Shown: positions 26,351 through 34,544, counted from the stretch's first letter. The stretch: 34,660 bases of DNA from ANME-2 cluster archaeon (GCA_023544495.1 JAMJFV010000002.1:1-34660), one strand, 5' to 3'. Notes: generated by a model not told the origin, from the sequence alone. Numbers and translations are program-made.

Positions 26351-27835
26351 CTAAACATGTGTGATCTCCGTATGATTTGAGATCTCAGAATTTGTCGTAC
26401 ACAGATCCTTTATGCTCAATTTATGCACATCATCATTTCCCGTCAATCGTGCAAAATCCTTTAATTCCTCCGTGGAAACCCTTAAAAAATTTTCCAATTT
26501 CTTGGCAGAGTACTCAACTTTTAACCTTCCCCTTAATTCCGGGTTATGTGTAGTGACGCCGACAGGGCATTTACCCGTGTCGCACAGCCTGTACTGCTGG
26601 CATGCGCATGCCATCAGCGCTGCAGTTCCTATTGCAACAGCGTCAGCCCCTAAAGCTAACGCTTTAATGAAATCCGAGGACACCCGAAGACCTCCTGTGA
26701 TAATAAGGGATATGTCTTTTATCCCTTTCCTGTCAAGATATTTCCTTGCCCTGTATAGGGCAAAAACAGTAGGTACTGACGTTGCCTGTTTTACGAACCT
26801 GGGCGAAGCCCCGGTTGCGCCCGGTCTTCCATCGATGGTTATAAAATCAGGTCCCGCATAGGTCGCTATTTCCAGGTCATCTTCTATATGACCTGCTGCG
26901 ATTTTTATCCCGATGGGCTTTCCATCGGATTTTTCTCTTAGCCAGTCCACTTTCTTTTTCAGATCATCCCTGTTTCTTATGTCTTCAAAATGAGACGGAC
27001 TCACAATATCGGTCCCTTCAGGGAAACCTCTGATTTCCGCAATCTCCTGGGTCACCTTCTCTGCAGGCAAATGACCTCCCATGCCTGGTTTTGACGACTG
27101 ACCGATCTTTATTTCTATGGCATCCACTTTCCTGAGGTTCTCATCAGTGACGCTGTACCTGTTGGGCACGTATTCAAAAATGTATCTATAGGCATTGTCA
27201 AGAGACTCCTTCATAATCCCGCCTTCTCCTGAACCCATGGCGGTTCTGGCAGCAGCGCTCCCTTTTGCTAAAGCAGTTTTAACTTCTTTTGACAGAGCGC
27301 CAAAAGACATATGGGTTACATAAATAGGTGTTTCGATTATAAGAGGATGCTTCGCCGCAGGACCTATTGTGGTTCTGGTATTCACAGGCTCGTCTTTATT
27401 TAAGGGAATTTTCGCCAGTTGAGCACCTTTTATCAGAATGTCATCCCATGAGAGCACATTTTTTGTCGTCCTCATTGGTTCGATGATTGACTCCCCGGTC
27501 ACGGAAATCGTATGGATATCCGCCATGTATATTTCCAGGTCATCCCTGTCCCGTTTCCATTCTGCCAGATATCCGCCCAGATCAATTTTAGCAGTGGAAA
27601 TTGTCACTTTATTTTTGGCTCCGCAATGGGGGCAGGTCATGATCTCATCTATCTGCGCAATCTCCTCTTCCTCTTTGACAGGCTTTAAGTGTGATTTATC
27701 CGACGCACAAATGGGGCACTTCCACTCATCAGGGAAGTCTTCAGGTTTTGTGCCGGGTTTTATCCCTGTAAGCGAGTTCCCCCGCGTATCATCATATTCG
27801 AAAACATTGCAAACATCGCATCTGTATTGTGTCAT
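26351..27835 (-). CDS. Rubredoxin-fused FMN-binding glutamate synthase family protein (GltB2/GlxD-like)
   Basis: CDVC...FPDEWKCPIC rubredoxin, extra CPHC, MSFGALS, SGEGG, EIKIGQSSKPGMGGHLP, DGRPGATGA, CQQYRLCDTGKCPVGVTT ([3Fe-4S] motif). Confidence 0.92.
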   Translation of the reverse strand: MTQYRCDVCNVFEYDDTRGNSLTGIKPGTKPEDFPDEWKCPICASDKSHLKPVKEEEEIAQIDEIMTCPHCGAKNKVTISTAKIDLGGYLAEWKRDRDDLEIYMADIHTISVTGESIIEPMRTTKNVLSWDDILIKGAQLAKIPLNKDEPVNTRTTIGPAAKHPLIIETPIYVTHMSFGALSKEVKTALAKGSAAARTAMGSGEGGIMKESLDNAYRYIFEYVPNRYSVTDENLRKVDAIEIKIGQSSKPGMGGHLPAEKVTQEIAEIRGFPEGTDIVSPSHFEDIRNRDDLKKKVDWLREKSDGKPIGIKIAAGHIEDDLEIATYAGPDFITIDGRPGATGASPRFVKQATSVPTVFALYRARKYLDRKGIKDISLIITGGLRVSSDFIKALALGADAVAIGTAALMACACQQYRLCDTGKCPVGVTTHNPELRGRLKVEYSAKKLENFLRVSTEELKDFARLTGNDDVHKLSIKDLCTTNSEISNHTEITHV

Positions 27836-27854
27836 TTATATCTACTTCCTCGAA

Positions 27855-28844
27855 TCACCTGAAACCGATATATAATAAGGCGATCGCAAGAATGACAAAA
27901 AGCGCTGAGAGCACTTTTTCCAGAACTGCGGTATTCATTCTTGCTGCGACATACGGTGCAAGCTGACCGCCGATTATGACCGCAGGAACTGTCATGGCAA
28001 TAATGTTCCACGGTGTCTCTACACCCCCAGTTGCAGACGCCCTTAAAAGATGTGCGGTTGACGCCACAATGGCTGTTCCCGCCACGATAATATGATTTGT
28101 TCCGACTCCTACTTTAGCCGGAATGCCCGAGATGATCATTGAAACCACGCCCATTTCCCCGATTCCGAACCCCGACACCCCCTGGAATATACCTCCCAGA
28201 GAATACCCGAACAGCCTGGTCCTGTATGCACACCTGCAGTAATTGTAAACTTTTCCATTCCTGTCTGTAAGTGTTACATTTTCTGGAGTTGCCTTATGTT
28301 GATGTGTGACGGTAAGGCTTTTTTTGGATGCCAGTTCTTCCCCAAATGCCCTGATCCTTTCAGCATGCCCTAAAGAATAGACTGAAATAAGCAATGCAAA
28401 GCTTATGAGAAAATAGATGATTTTTTCCGGGAAATAGAAGGATACAACTGAAGAAATTATAACCACAGGCACCGCTCCGGTAAGAGAGCGAAAAGCCATT
28501 TTCTTATCTACGAGGCCAAATCGCATAAAGGCAAAAGTGGAACTTGATATCCCGAAGGATTCGGTTATCAATCCCAGCATCACGCTCTGCCCCGGAGTGA
28601 GCCCGAATGCAAGTGCAGGGAATACGAGTGCAAAAAAAGGGACAAAAAGGGCCGCGCCGCTTATGCCCACCGTATTTACGACAGTTGCGATCACGATGGC
28701 AACAGGGAACATCCACCAGAATTCAGTCCAGTAACCAGCATCACTCTTGACAATACCTGTCAGGATAAAAAGAAAAATCGGGATTATGAGAAGAATTAAA
28801 TAATTCTCGTATTCAAGTGCTTTATCTGATATTCGCTTTAGCAT
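27855..28844 (-). CDS. Sulfite exporter TauE/SafE family membrane protein
   Basis: Multiple TMs with repeated GISGAALFVP and GVSGFGIGE motifs, VGTNH, GGQLAP. Confidence 0.85.
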   Translation of the reverse strand: MLKRISDKALEYENYLILLIIPIFLFILTGIVKSDAGYWTEFWWMFPVAIVIATVVNTVGISGAALFVPFFALVFPALAFGLTPGQSVMLGLITESFGISSSTFAFMRFGLVDKKMAFRSLTGAVPVVIISSVVSFYFPEKIIYFLISFALLISVYSLGHAERIRAFGEELASKKSLTVTHQHKATPENVTLTDRNGKVYNYCRCAYRTRLFGYSLGGIFQGVSGFGIGEMGVVSMIISGIPAKVGVGTNHIIVAGTAIVASTAHLLRASATGGVETPWNIIAMTVPAVIIGGQLAPYVAARMNTAVLEKVLSALFVILAIALLYIGFR

Positions 28845-28929
28845 GAAATCGTTACTTTTTGATACTACAAACTCTCATTTATCCCGCCAGAGTGCGATTG
28901 TAATTTAACTTTCACTCTTCTCAAGCTTC

Positions 28930-29034
28930 TTATTTGGACTTTTCATGTTCTTTTTTTGCGTGCTCCATTAGCTCTGATTCAGACTCAAATGTAGCACCGC
29001 ACATATTACACTTGTATTGCTTTTCTTCAGCCAT
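28930..29034 (-). CDS. Stand-alone C2H2 zinc-finger microprotein (34 aa)
   Basis: GGAGGTGA RBS; MAEEKQYKCNMCGATFESESELMEHAKKEHEKSK = Y-x-C-x2-C-x3-F-x5-L-x2-H-x4-H. Not in the ORF track. Confidence 0.85.
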   Translation of the reverse strand: MAEEKQYKCNMCGATFESESELMEHAKKEHEKSK

Positions 29035-29129
29035 ATCTTGTCACCTCCCTTTGGCAGCAGTAGCTTTTCATTGCGATATATTATATTCCCTCACTGATAT
29101 TTAACGCACATTTGCATTAAGTCCTATTT

Positions 29130-29348
29130 TCACGGTGCTTTCCCAATATCACAGAAGTACATATCCTTCAGCTTATATCTGGCATATACCATACAAGCAG
29201 GGCATTTACAGCCTTTTTTTACGATTTTTTCTGGCGATTTACCCCTTGCACAGAACAGCATTGGCTGCTGGGGATACGGCAGACTTGGACAGGTTCCGCA
29301 GTAATTCATGCAGATAGCCAGATTTTCCTTTGTATCATCAACTGGCAT
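29130..29348 (-). CDS. DUF2769-family Cys-rich protein (72 aa)
   Basis: GGAGGT RBS; VDDTKENLAICMNYCGTCPS...LFCARGKS...GCKCPACMV...YFC..G. Confidence 0.8.
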   Translation of the reverse strand: MPVDDTKENLAICMNYCGTCPSLPYPQQPMLFCARGKSPEKIVKKGCKCPACMVYARYKLKDMYFCDIGKAP

Positions 29349-29375
29349 TTCAAATACCTCCAAAAGAATTAAAAA

Positions 29376-29888
29376 TCACATCAGCATTTTCTTAAACATA
29401 TTCCGGACCATCATTCTCTTCAGGATGAAATAATCCTGTGTAGCAGCCATCATCGCACGCTTTTCCATCATCTTCCTATCTTCAGGCCACGCTGACATTA
29501 TTTTCTTCAAAGCTCCCATCAGGATTTCTCTCTTTTCTTTTGGAAGTTTTGTAATTTGATCGGTCCTGGTTTTAACAACCTTGATCCTGTCTTCTTCAGA
29601 CAGTTCTGATATCCCGTCGAGCATGTCGGTTATTGCGGCTATCCTTTTGTCTTCTGGCAGAACGGAAAATTGCTCCATCCGTGCCCCCAGGATCTGACGT
29701 CTGTCTTCCTCGGGTTTTGATGCCAGCATTTGCATCATGTCGGTTATTTGTGCGAGCTTTTCAGCTTTTGCCTTGCGTTCCTGGCATGCAGGGCACTTCT
29801 CAAAATGTTCTTCGAAAGACGCTGCATCTTTACCGGCACATTCTTCACATTCTTTTGCTAACTTTTCTAATTCTTCTCTTGCAGTCAT
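29376..29888 (-). CDS. Hypothetical protein with N-terminal CxxC/HxxxCxxC metal motif and 19-aa helical repeats
   Basis: CEEC...HFEKCPAC followed by six 19-residue units. Confidence 0.75.
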   Translation of the reverse strand: MTAREELEKLAKECEECAGKDAASFEEHFEKCPACQERKAKAEKLAQITDMMQMLASKPEEDRRQILGARMEQFSVLPEDKRIAAITDMLDGISELSEEDRIKVVKTRTDQITKLPKEKREILMGALKKIMSAWPEDRKMMEKRAMMAATQDYFILKRMMVRNMFKKMLM

Positions 29889-29955
29889 AAAATAATTCGC
29901 CCCTAAGTGATATTTGCAGTTTTTATGATATATAGTTTCTTATATTATTTTTTCC

Positions 29956-30036
29956 TCAGCAATCCTTGAATTTCTTTCCTGATCCACATGTGTCATCCGG
30001 TGCAAGGGTCTTTTTTGGTGTGCAACATCCAGCCAT
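29956..30036 (-). CDS. SEC-C motif microprotein (26 aa), possibly degenerate
   Basis: GGAGGT RBS; MAGCCTPKKTLAPDDTCGSGKKFKDC*GK. The SEC-C consensus CxCGSGKKxKxCC has lost one Cys and has TGA at the last ligand. Confidence 0.6.
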   Translation of the reverse strand: MAGCCTPKKTLAPDDTCGSGKKFKDC

Positions 30037-30172
30037 ATTTGTCTTACCTCCATTTATGCATCTTTTTTTGACATTGGTACAAATTACATCATACATGATA
30101 ACTCTCTGTATGTCGTGAGTAAAATAAGCACAAGCAAACTGAAAAATTCAAAACATTATTGGGAGGTAAAAT

Positions 30173-30532
30173 ATGGCTGAACCAAAAATATTGATAGTAT
30201 ATGCATCGAGAACAGGTAACACGGAAAAACTCGCACAGGCGGTCGCTGAAGGGGCAAGGAGTGCTGGCGGGGTCAGTGTCGAGTTGAAGAGAGCAAGGGA
30301 TACTAAACCCTCAGATGCAGATGCTGACGCTTTTGCATTTTGGTCTCATTCGGCTTTTGAATATATGGCAGGGGAGCTTAAAAGCCTATTTGAAGATTTT
30401 TATATTGTAAGGGATAAACTGGCAGGCAAACCTGTACTGCTTTTCACCACAGGACAGGGAGGGCAGAGTTCGACTCTGGCATCGATAGACAGGGACGTGG
30501 GTGTATTCAATCCGGGTCAGGACTGGTATTAA
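30173..30532 (+). pseudogene. Flavodoxin-domain protein, probably C-terminally truncated
   Basis: IVYASRTGNTEKLAQAVAEG phosphate loop; atypical FWSHSAF in place of GSPTY; ends at 119 aa, 1 nt from the convergent gene's stop. Confidence 0.55.
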
Positions 30533-30533
30533 A

Positions 30534-31178
30534 TTATTTAATTATTTTAATAAATCCATCTCTGATTTTATGCCCTATTTCATTTGCTATCTCAATGACA
30601 TCCTTCTGGTCTTCTATAGTCGTATATTTATCCTTCGAAGGCACAGCACCTTTGCTGAACAATAACGGAACTGCGCTTATCTTGCAGGTACCTCCATATC
30701 CGCATGAAAGACATGAGACGTTCCCGGTTCCGCTGAGCTTACCGATGACATTAATTCCTTCCATTTCCATAAAAGCAGCAATCTGATCCATGGCATGATC
30801 TACACTTGGTATTCCTCGTCCAATCCCGACTGCCACAGCTACTCCAATTTTACCTTTATTTAGCATTTTTTGATGATGCATGGAGTACATCCGTTCTGTC
30901 AGCATCTTAGTTCTTGAGTCAAGAGTGCCGTAAGTAGGATAGCCACCAATAATTAGAGCAGCACATTCTTTGATCTTATTTTCGATTATATACCAGTCGT
31001 CCTGCTGCTTGCAGATGTTGTCCCCGGCACAGCCAAGACATGCCCTGCATGGATGGATATCGTACTCTGAAAGTTTAATAAATTCATAATCAAGGCCTGT
31101 AGCTTCAAGCACTGTTTTAATCAGCCTGTCGGTATTGCTGTTTTTAACCGGACTCCCGCTTATTCCTAACACTTGCAT
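30534..31178 (-). CDS. Iron-sulfur flavoprotein-like (NADPH-dependent FMN reductase family)
   Basis: GISGSPVKNSNT, CRACLGCAGDNIC (Cx2Cx2Cx5C), PTYG, extra CLSCGYGGTC. Confidence 0.85.
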   Translation of the reverse strand: MQVLGISGSPVKNSNTDRLIKTVLEATGLDYEFIKLSEYDIHPCRACLGCAGDNICKQQDDWYIIENKIKECAALIIGGYPTYGTLDSRTKMLTERMYSMHHQKMLNKGKIGVAVAVGIGRGIPSVDHAMDQIAAFMEMEGINVIGKLSGTGNVSCLSCGYGGTCKISAVPLLFSKGAVPSKDKYTTIEDQKDVIEIANEIGHKIRDGFIKIIK

Positions 31179-31906
31179 TTTGAATCGCCTGCTATCATTT
31201 TGCTGTTCTCTATTCTCTCTTTGATCAGCTTTCCGATCCTCTGCGCCTCAGCCATTACCAGGAGTTCATCCTTAACCGACCTGTAGCTTTTCAGGAATTT
31301 AGCAGAGCCATGTGCATATGGCTTGTTATCAGGGAGAAGTTCAAGATACCCCTTGTACGCCTCCTCAACGCCCAACTCCATGCCTGTCAGTTCTTTCGAG
31401 TAGGCATTCCAGACAGTATAATTGCATGTCTCACCCGGTCCGCAAACAAAACAGCACGGTGTTCCTTTGGCTGTCATGCTGCCTACTATTTCCATCCCTC
31501 CGGCACGAAGGGCATTTCCCATCCACTCTGCAACCATCTTTTCAGCAGCAACCCCTACAGCCACTGTCGCTACGATTTTTCCGCGCATCAGGAGTTTTAC
31601 ATGCCTCTTAGAATACAGCCTCTCTATAAACGCTTTCATAAAAGCGCTTGCAGCACCATAGTATGTTGGCGACCCGACCACGATAGCATCTGCTTCCATG
31701 ACTTTCTTTGAGAGCCACTTGAAATGATCGTTGAGGACGCATTCATTGGTCTGGACACATTTCATGCATGCTATGCAGGGACCTACATTTATTTCCGATA
31801 ATTTGACAAATTCAGTCTCTGCACCCGTAGCATCAAGTATTGCATTTATCAATGCATCAGTATTGCTATTCTCTGTGGGACTTCCACTCACTCCAAGAAC
31901 TTTCAT
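31166..31906 (-). CDS. Iron-sulfur flavoprotein-like (NADPH-dependent FMN reductase family)
   Basis: GVSGSPTENSNT, CIACMKCVQTNEC, GSPTYYG, extra CCFVCGPGETC. Confidence 0.85.
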   Translation of the reverse strand: MKVLGVSGSPTENSNTDALINAILDATGAETEFVKLSEINVGPCIACMKCVQTNECVLNDHFKWLSKKVMEADAIVVGSPTYYGAASAFMKAFIERLYSKRHVKLLMRGKIVATVAVGVAAEKMVAEWMGNALRAGGMEIVGSMTAKGTPCCFVCGPGETCNYTVWNAYSKELTGMELGVEEAYKGYLELLPDNKPYAHGSAKFLKSYRSVKDELLVMAEAQRIGKLIKERIENSKMIAGDSKCKC

Positions 31907-31937
31907 TTCCTACACCTCTTCGAAATTAATTTTTTAT

Positions 31938-32045
31938 CTAAGTAAGCGGTACAGCGAGTGAATCCAGGAATTTATTGTAGCCTGTGAACAATTCCATCAC
32001 TCCAAGCACTTCTACGATCTGGCTCTCTGTAATCCCATCCGCAAC
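31938..32045 (-). pseudogene. C-terminal remnant of a carboxymuconolactone decarboxylase/AhpD-like protein
   Basis: Alternate frame [35 protein letters not shown], with no start codon; resembles the last helices of AhpD-like proteins. Confidence 0.55.
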
Positions 32046-32172
32046 CTGATTTGCATGTGGTATTTGCGCCGTCCGGGAATGCTGCAAGGAGTTGTTCCGG
32101 AGTCTTTATCGGGAACTTCCCACCTGCAAGTCCTCCAACGATCTGGGCATGGATTTCATCTTGGACGCTCAT
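31972..32172 (-). pseudogene. MTH865-like protein, N-terminal half with an out-of-frame tail
   Basis: [43 protein letters not shown] is an MTH865-type N-terminus; similarity stops abruptly after SG. Confidence 0.75.
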
Positions 32173-32333
32173 GCTTCTTCCTCCAACATTGCTTTTATGT
32201 CACCTGTTGTTTTTGAGATCGGGCAGCCGGAACCATGTGTTTCACATTTGAAACATGCGCTCTTTACGGCAGCTAATGACTTTTGAGCTTCTTCTTTTGT
32301 CACACTTTTGTTTGTATATTTCCATTCAGGCAT
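32169..32333 (-). CDS. Small protein with CxxCxxHxxxC motif (54 aa)
   Basis: [67 protein letters not shown] overlap with the MTH865-like gene. Not in the ORF track. Confidence 0.8.
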   Translation of the reverse strand: MPEWKYTNKSVTKEEAQKSLAAVKSACFKCETHGSGCPISKTTGDIKAMLEEEA

Positions 32334-32422
32334 TTATTTCACCTCAATAACAGATTGTCAGGTTATTTAGATATATTTAGCCGTCATAAAAATATACCAA
32401 CTACATTTTAATATACAAACAT

Positions 32423-32449
32423 AACCTTCAAGGTTTTAATAGAAACCTT
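32423..32449. promoter_or_regulatory. Overlapping inverted repeats at a BRE/TATA-like element in a divergent promoter region
   Basis: AACCTT-C-AAGGTT and AAGGTTT-TAATAG-AAACCTT; AAGGTTTTAATA lies about 40 nt before ATG 32481. Confidence 0.35.
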
Positions 32450-32480
32450 TTTAGCCTGATACGACAAAACAACTTCTCAT

Positions 32481-33230
32481 ATGGCTAATAAAAGAGAGAG
32501 TTCTCACAGGGAAATCCTCGAAATAAAAGAAAAGCTGTATGAGATGCACAATGACCTGAAAAGATTTATGGAGAAGTCAAGCCAGCAGCACCTTGAACAT
32601 GTTCTTTCAGGTTCCCGTACTAATTTTACGAATGCGATCATCGGGCATGTTCTTGACGATATCGAGGGAGGTCTTGAAAGTAATATGGTTAAAAAATGCG
32701 AGATGAGGGAGACTTGTAAATCAAACTTCACAGGATTCCTGCACAATAATGCAAACCTGATAAAACAGGATGAAGTTCATGAAGATGTTATTTTGAAAAA
32801 CCAGTCAGATTTAACCGATATGAGGAGCAATTCACCCTCGAAGCAGTGCGAAAAATGTTTTTCAAATGTCCAGAACCTCTTTGGAAAACAGATAAGTTTG
32901 ATGCGTTCTCTTCGAATCTATAATGCAAATGGAGAAAAAAAAGAGGAGATCCCCACTGTTCCAGAAGAATTCATAGTCGATGTATTTGAGCCACTATCCA
33001 ATAAACAACGCCTGCAAATACTGAAAGCAATAGCAATAGAAACAAAAACATTTTCTTCACTTTCAGAACTTACAGGGCTTCGCGGAGGGAATTTACTTTT
33101 CCATTTGCAGAAACTGCTTGACAGCGGAATGATCTTACAGCGCCATGAGCGGGGGGACTACATGATCACAGATAAGGGATTCAAGGTCTTGAGAAGTATA
33201 GGTGATATGTATTCCGTATTGAACTCTTGA
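32481..33230 (+). CDS. ArsR-like winged-helix transcriptional regulator with Cys-containing N-terminal domain
   Basis: C-terminal PLSNKQRLQILK...FSSLSELTGLRGGNLLFHLQKL...YMITDKG; N-terminal CEMRETC and CEKC. Confidence 0.85.
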   Translation: MANKRESSHREILEIKEKLYEMHNDLKRFMEKSSQQHLEHVLSGSRTNFTNAIIGHVLDDIEGGLESNMVKKCEMRETCKSNFTGFLHNNANLIKQDEVHEDVILKNQSDLTDMRSNSPSKQCEKCFSNVQNLFGKQISLMRSLRIYNANGEKKEEIPTVPEEFIVDVFEPLSNKQRLQILKAIAIETKTFSSLSELTGLRGGNLLFHLQKLLDSGMILQRHERGDYMITDKGFKVLRSIGDMYSVLNS

Positions 33231-33264
33231 AGTTATACATAGTATTCAATAATAAGGTGAAGTT

Positions 33265-33783
33265 ATGGATTCTTTGAATATTGAAAAGAAGATAGAATTC
33301 CAGACCGTGGAAGAACTTATGATGGCCCCCGAGCCTAATTTTAATGATGTCATACGATGCGTTTTTAAGATAAAGGATTATGAGATAGAGGTCTATTTTT
33401 ATCTTCTCGATCATCCCGAATCTACCATTTCTGAAGTATCAGAGTCTCTTAAAAAGGATAGAAGTTCTATCCAGCGTTCGATCCAGACATTAAAGGATAA
33501 AGGTATGATAAACCGAAAATTCAGGGTGTTCAGGGTGGGCGGTTTTACATACATTTACATTGCATTACCGCTTGAAGAAACAAAGAAAATCATGGAACGT
33601 GAGCTTCAAATCTGGTATAATATGATGAACGGACTTGTAACGAGTTTTGAAAAAAGTGGCTCATCGCTATTATGTATGGGTACTTATATCAGCGATGGCA
33701 CTACAACTGTATATGACGTAACTACCGGCGCTATGGCCACAGTAGATGGTTATATTCCGCATGCATCAGCAGTGATCTGGTAA
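33265..33783 (+). CDS. TrmB-like HTH transcriptional regulator with atypical C-terminal tail
   Basis: VIRCVFKIKDYEIEVYFYLL...TISEVSESLKKDRSSIQRSIQTLKDKGMINR...GGFTYIY. Confidence 0.8.
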   Translation: MDSLNIEKKIEFQTVEELMMAPEPNFNDVIRCVFKIKDYEIEVYFYLLDHPESTISEVSESLKKDRSSIQRSIQTLKDKGMINRKFRVFRVGGFTYIYIALPLEETKKIMERELQIWYNMMNGLVTSFEKSGSSLLCMGTYISDGTTTVYDVTTGAMATVDGYIPHASAVIW

Positions 33784-33871
33784 GGGGGAAAACATTTTTC
33801 CCTTTTATTTTTTTAAAATCGTGCTATGGAAAAATAACTGAAAGGGAAAGAAATAACAAGGAATGGTTTGA

Positions 33872-34228
33872 ATGATAAAAGTGGCGATTGTAATTTTAGC
33901 AGATATAGAAACGCATGAAGATACGGCAAGAGTTCACAATGCACTTCTTGCAGCAAAAGAATTCAAAGATGCAAAAGATGAATTTAAGCTCATCTTTGAT
34001 GGAACTGGAACCAAGTGGATTAAAGTGCTTTCTAAACCTGAGCACATGTTTCATGAACTATTTGAATCATTAAAGGGCAATTCTACCGAAGTTTGCAGCT
34101 ATTGCGCAGGGGCTTTTGGGGTCAAAGAGAGTGTAACGGCATCCAGCATTCCTCTGATAGAAGAATATGAGGGACACCCGAGCTTCAGGGAACTGCTGTT
34201 GAAAAGTTATCAGATAATTACATTTTAA
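33872..34228 (+). CDS. DsrE-family protein
   Basis: KVAIVILAD, RVHNAL, LIFDGTGTKW, VCSYCAGAFGV, GHPS, YQIITF. Confidence 0.75.
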   Translation: MIKVAIVILADIETHEDTARVHNALLAAKEFKDAKDEFKLIFDGTGTKWIKVLSKPEHMFHELFESLKGNSTEVCSYCAGAFGVKESVTASSIPLIEEYEGHPSFRELLLKSYQIITF

Positions 34229-34319
34229 AATAGCCAGTAGCACTTGTTCTGCATCTAGAGACATTCTCAATAACATTTATATGAAATAACATCTGTAATT
34301 GATATGCGGGGAATTTATT

Positions 34320-34481
34320 ATGTATAAAAAAGTGATAATACCTTTTTTAATCCTGTTCTCTTTCCTCATAATGGGATGTGTGGAAAAGACCCAAAACCCT
34401 GAGACTAAGGTTGTCAAGGAGAGGGACTTCTGGTTTGCGTGGTATGCATTCCATCCAGATACCACGATTTACTCAAGATAG
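34320..34481 (+). pseudogene. Collapsed DUF3179-like lipoprotein gene (signal peptide joined to the C-terminal motif)
   Basis: MYKKVIIPFLILFSFLIMGC lipoprotein signal followed within about 15 aa by FWFAWYAFHPDTTIY, the terminal motif of DUF3179 proteins. Confidence 0.7.
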
Positions 34482-34544
34482 TACCTCACATGCAATGCAA
34501 TCAGGTAGATTAACATCGAAACCAAAAATCTCTGGAGCTGGATT

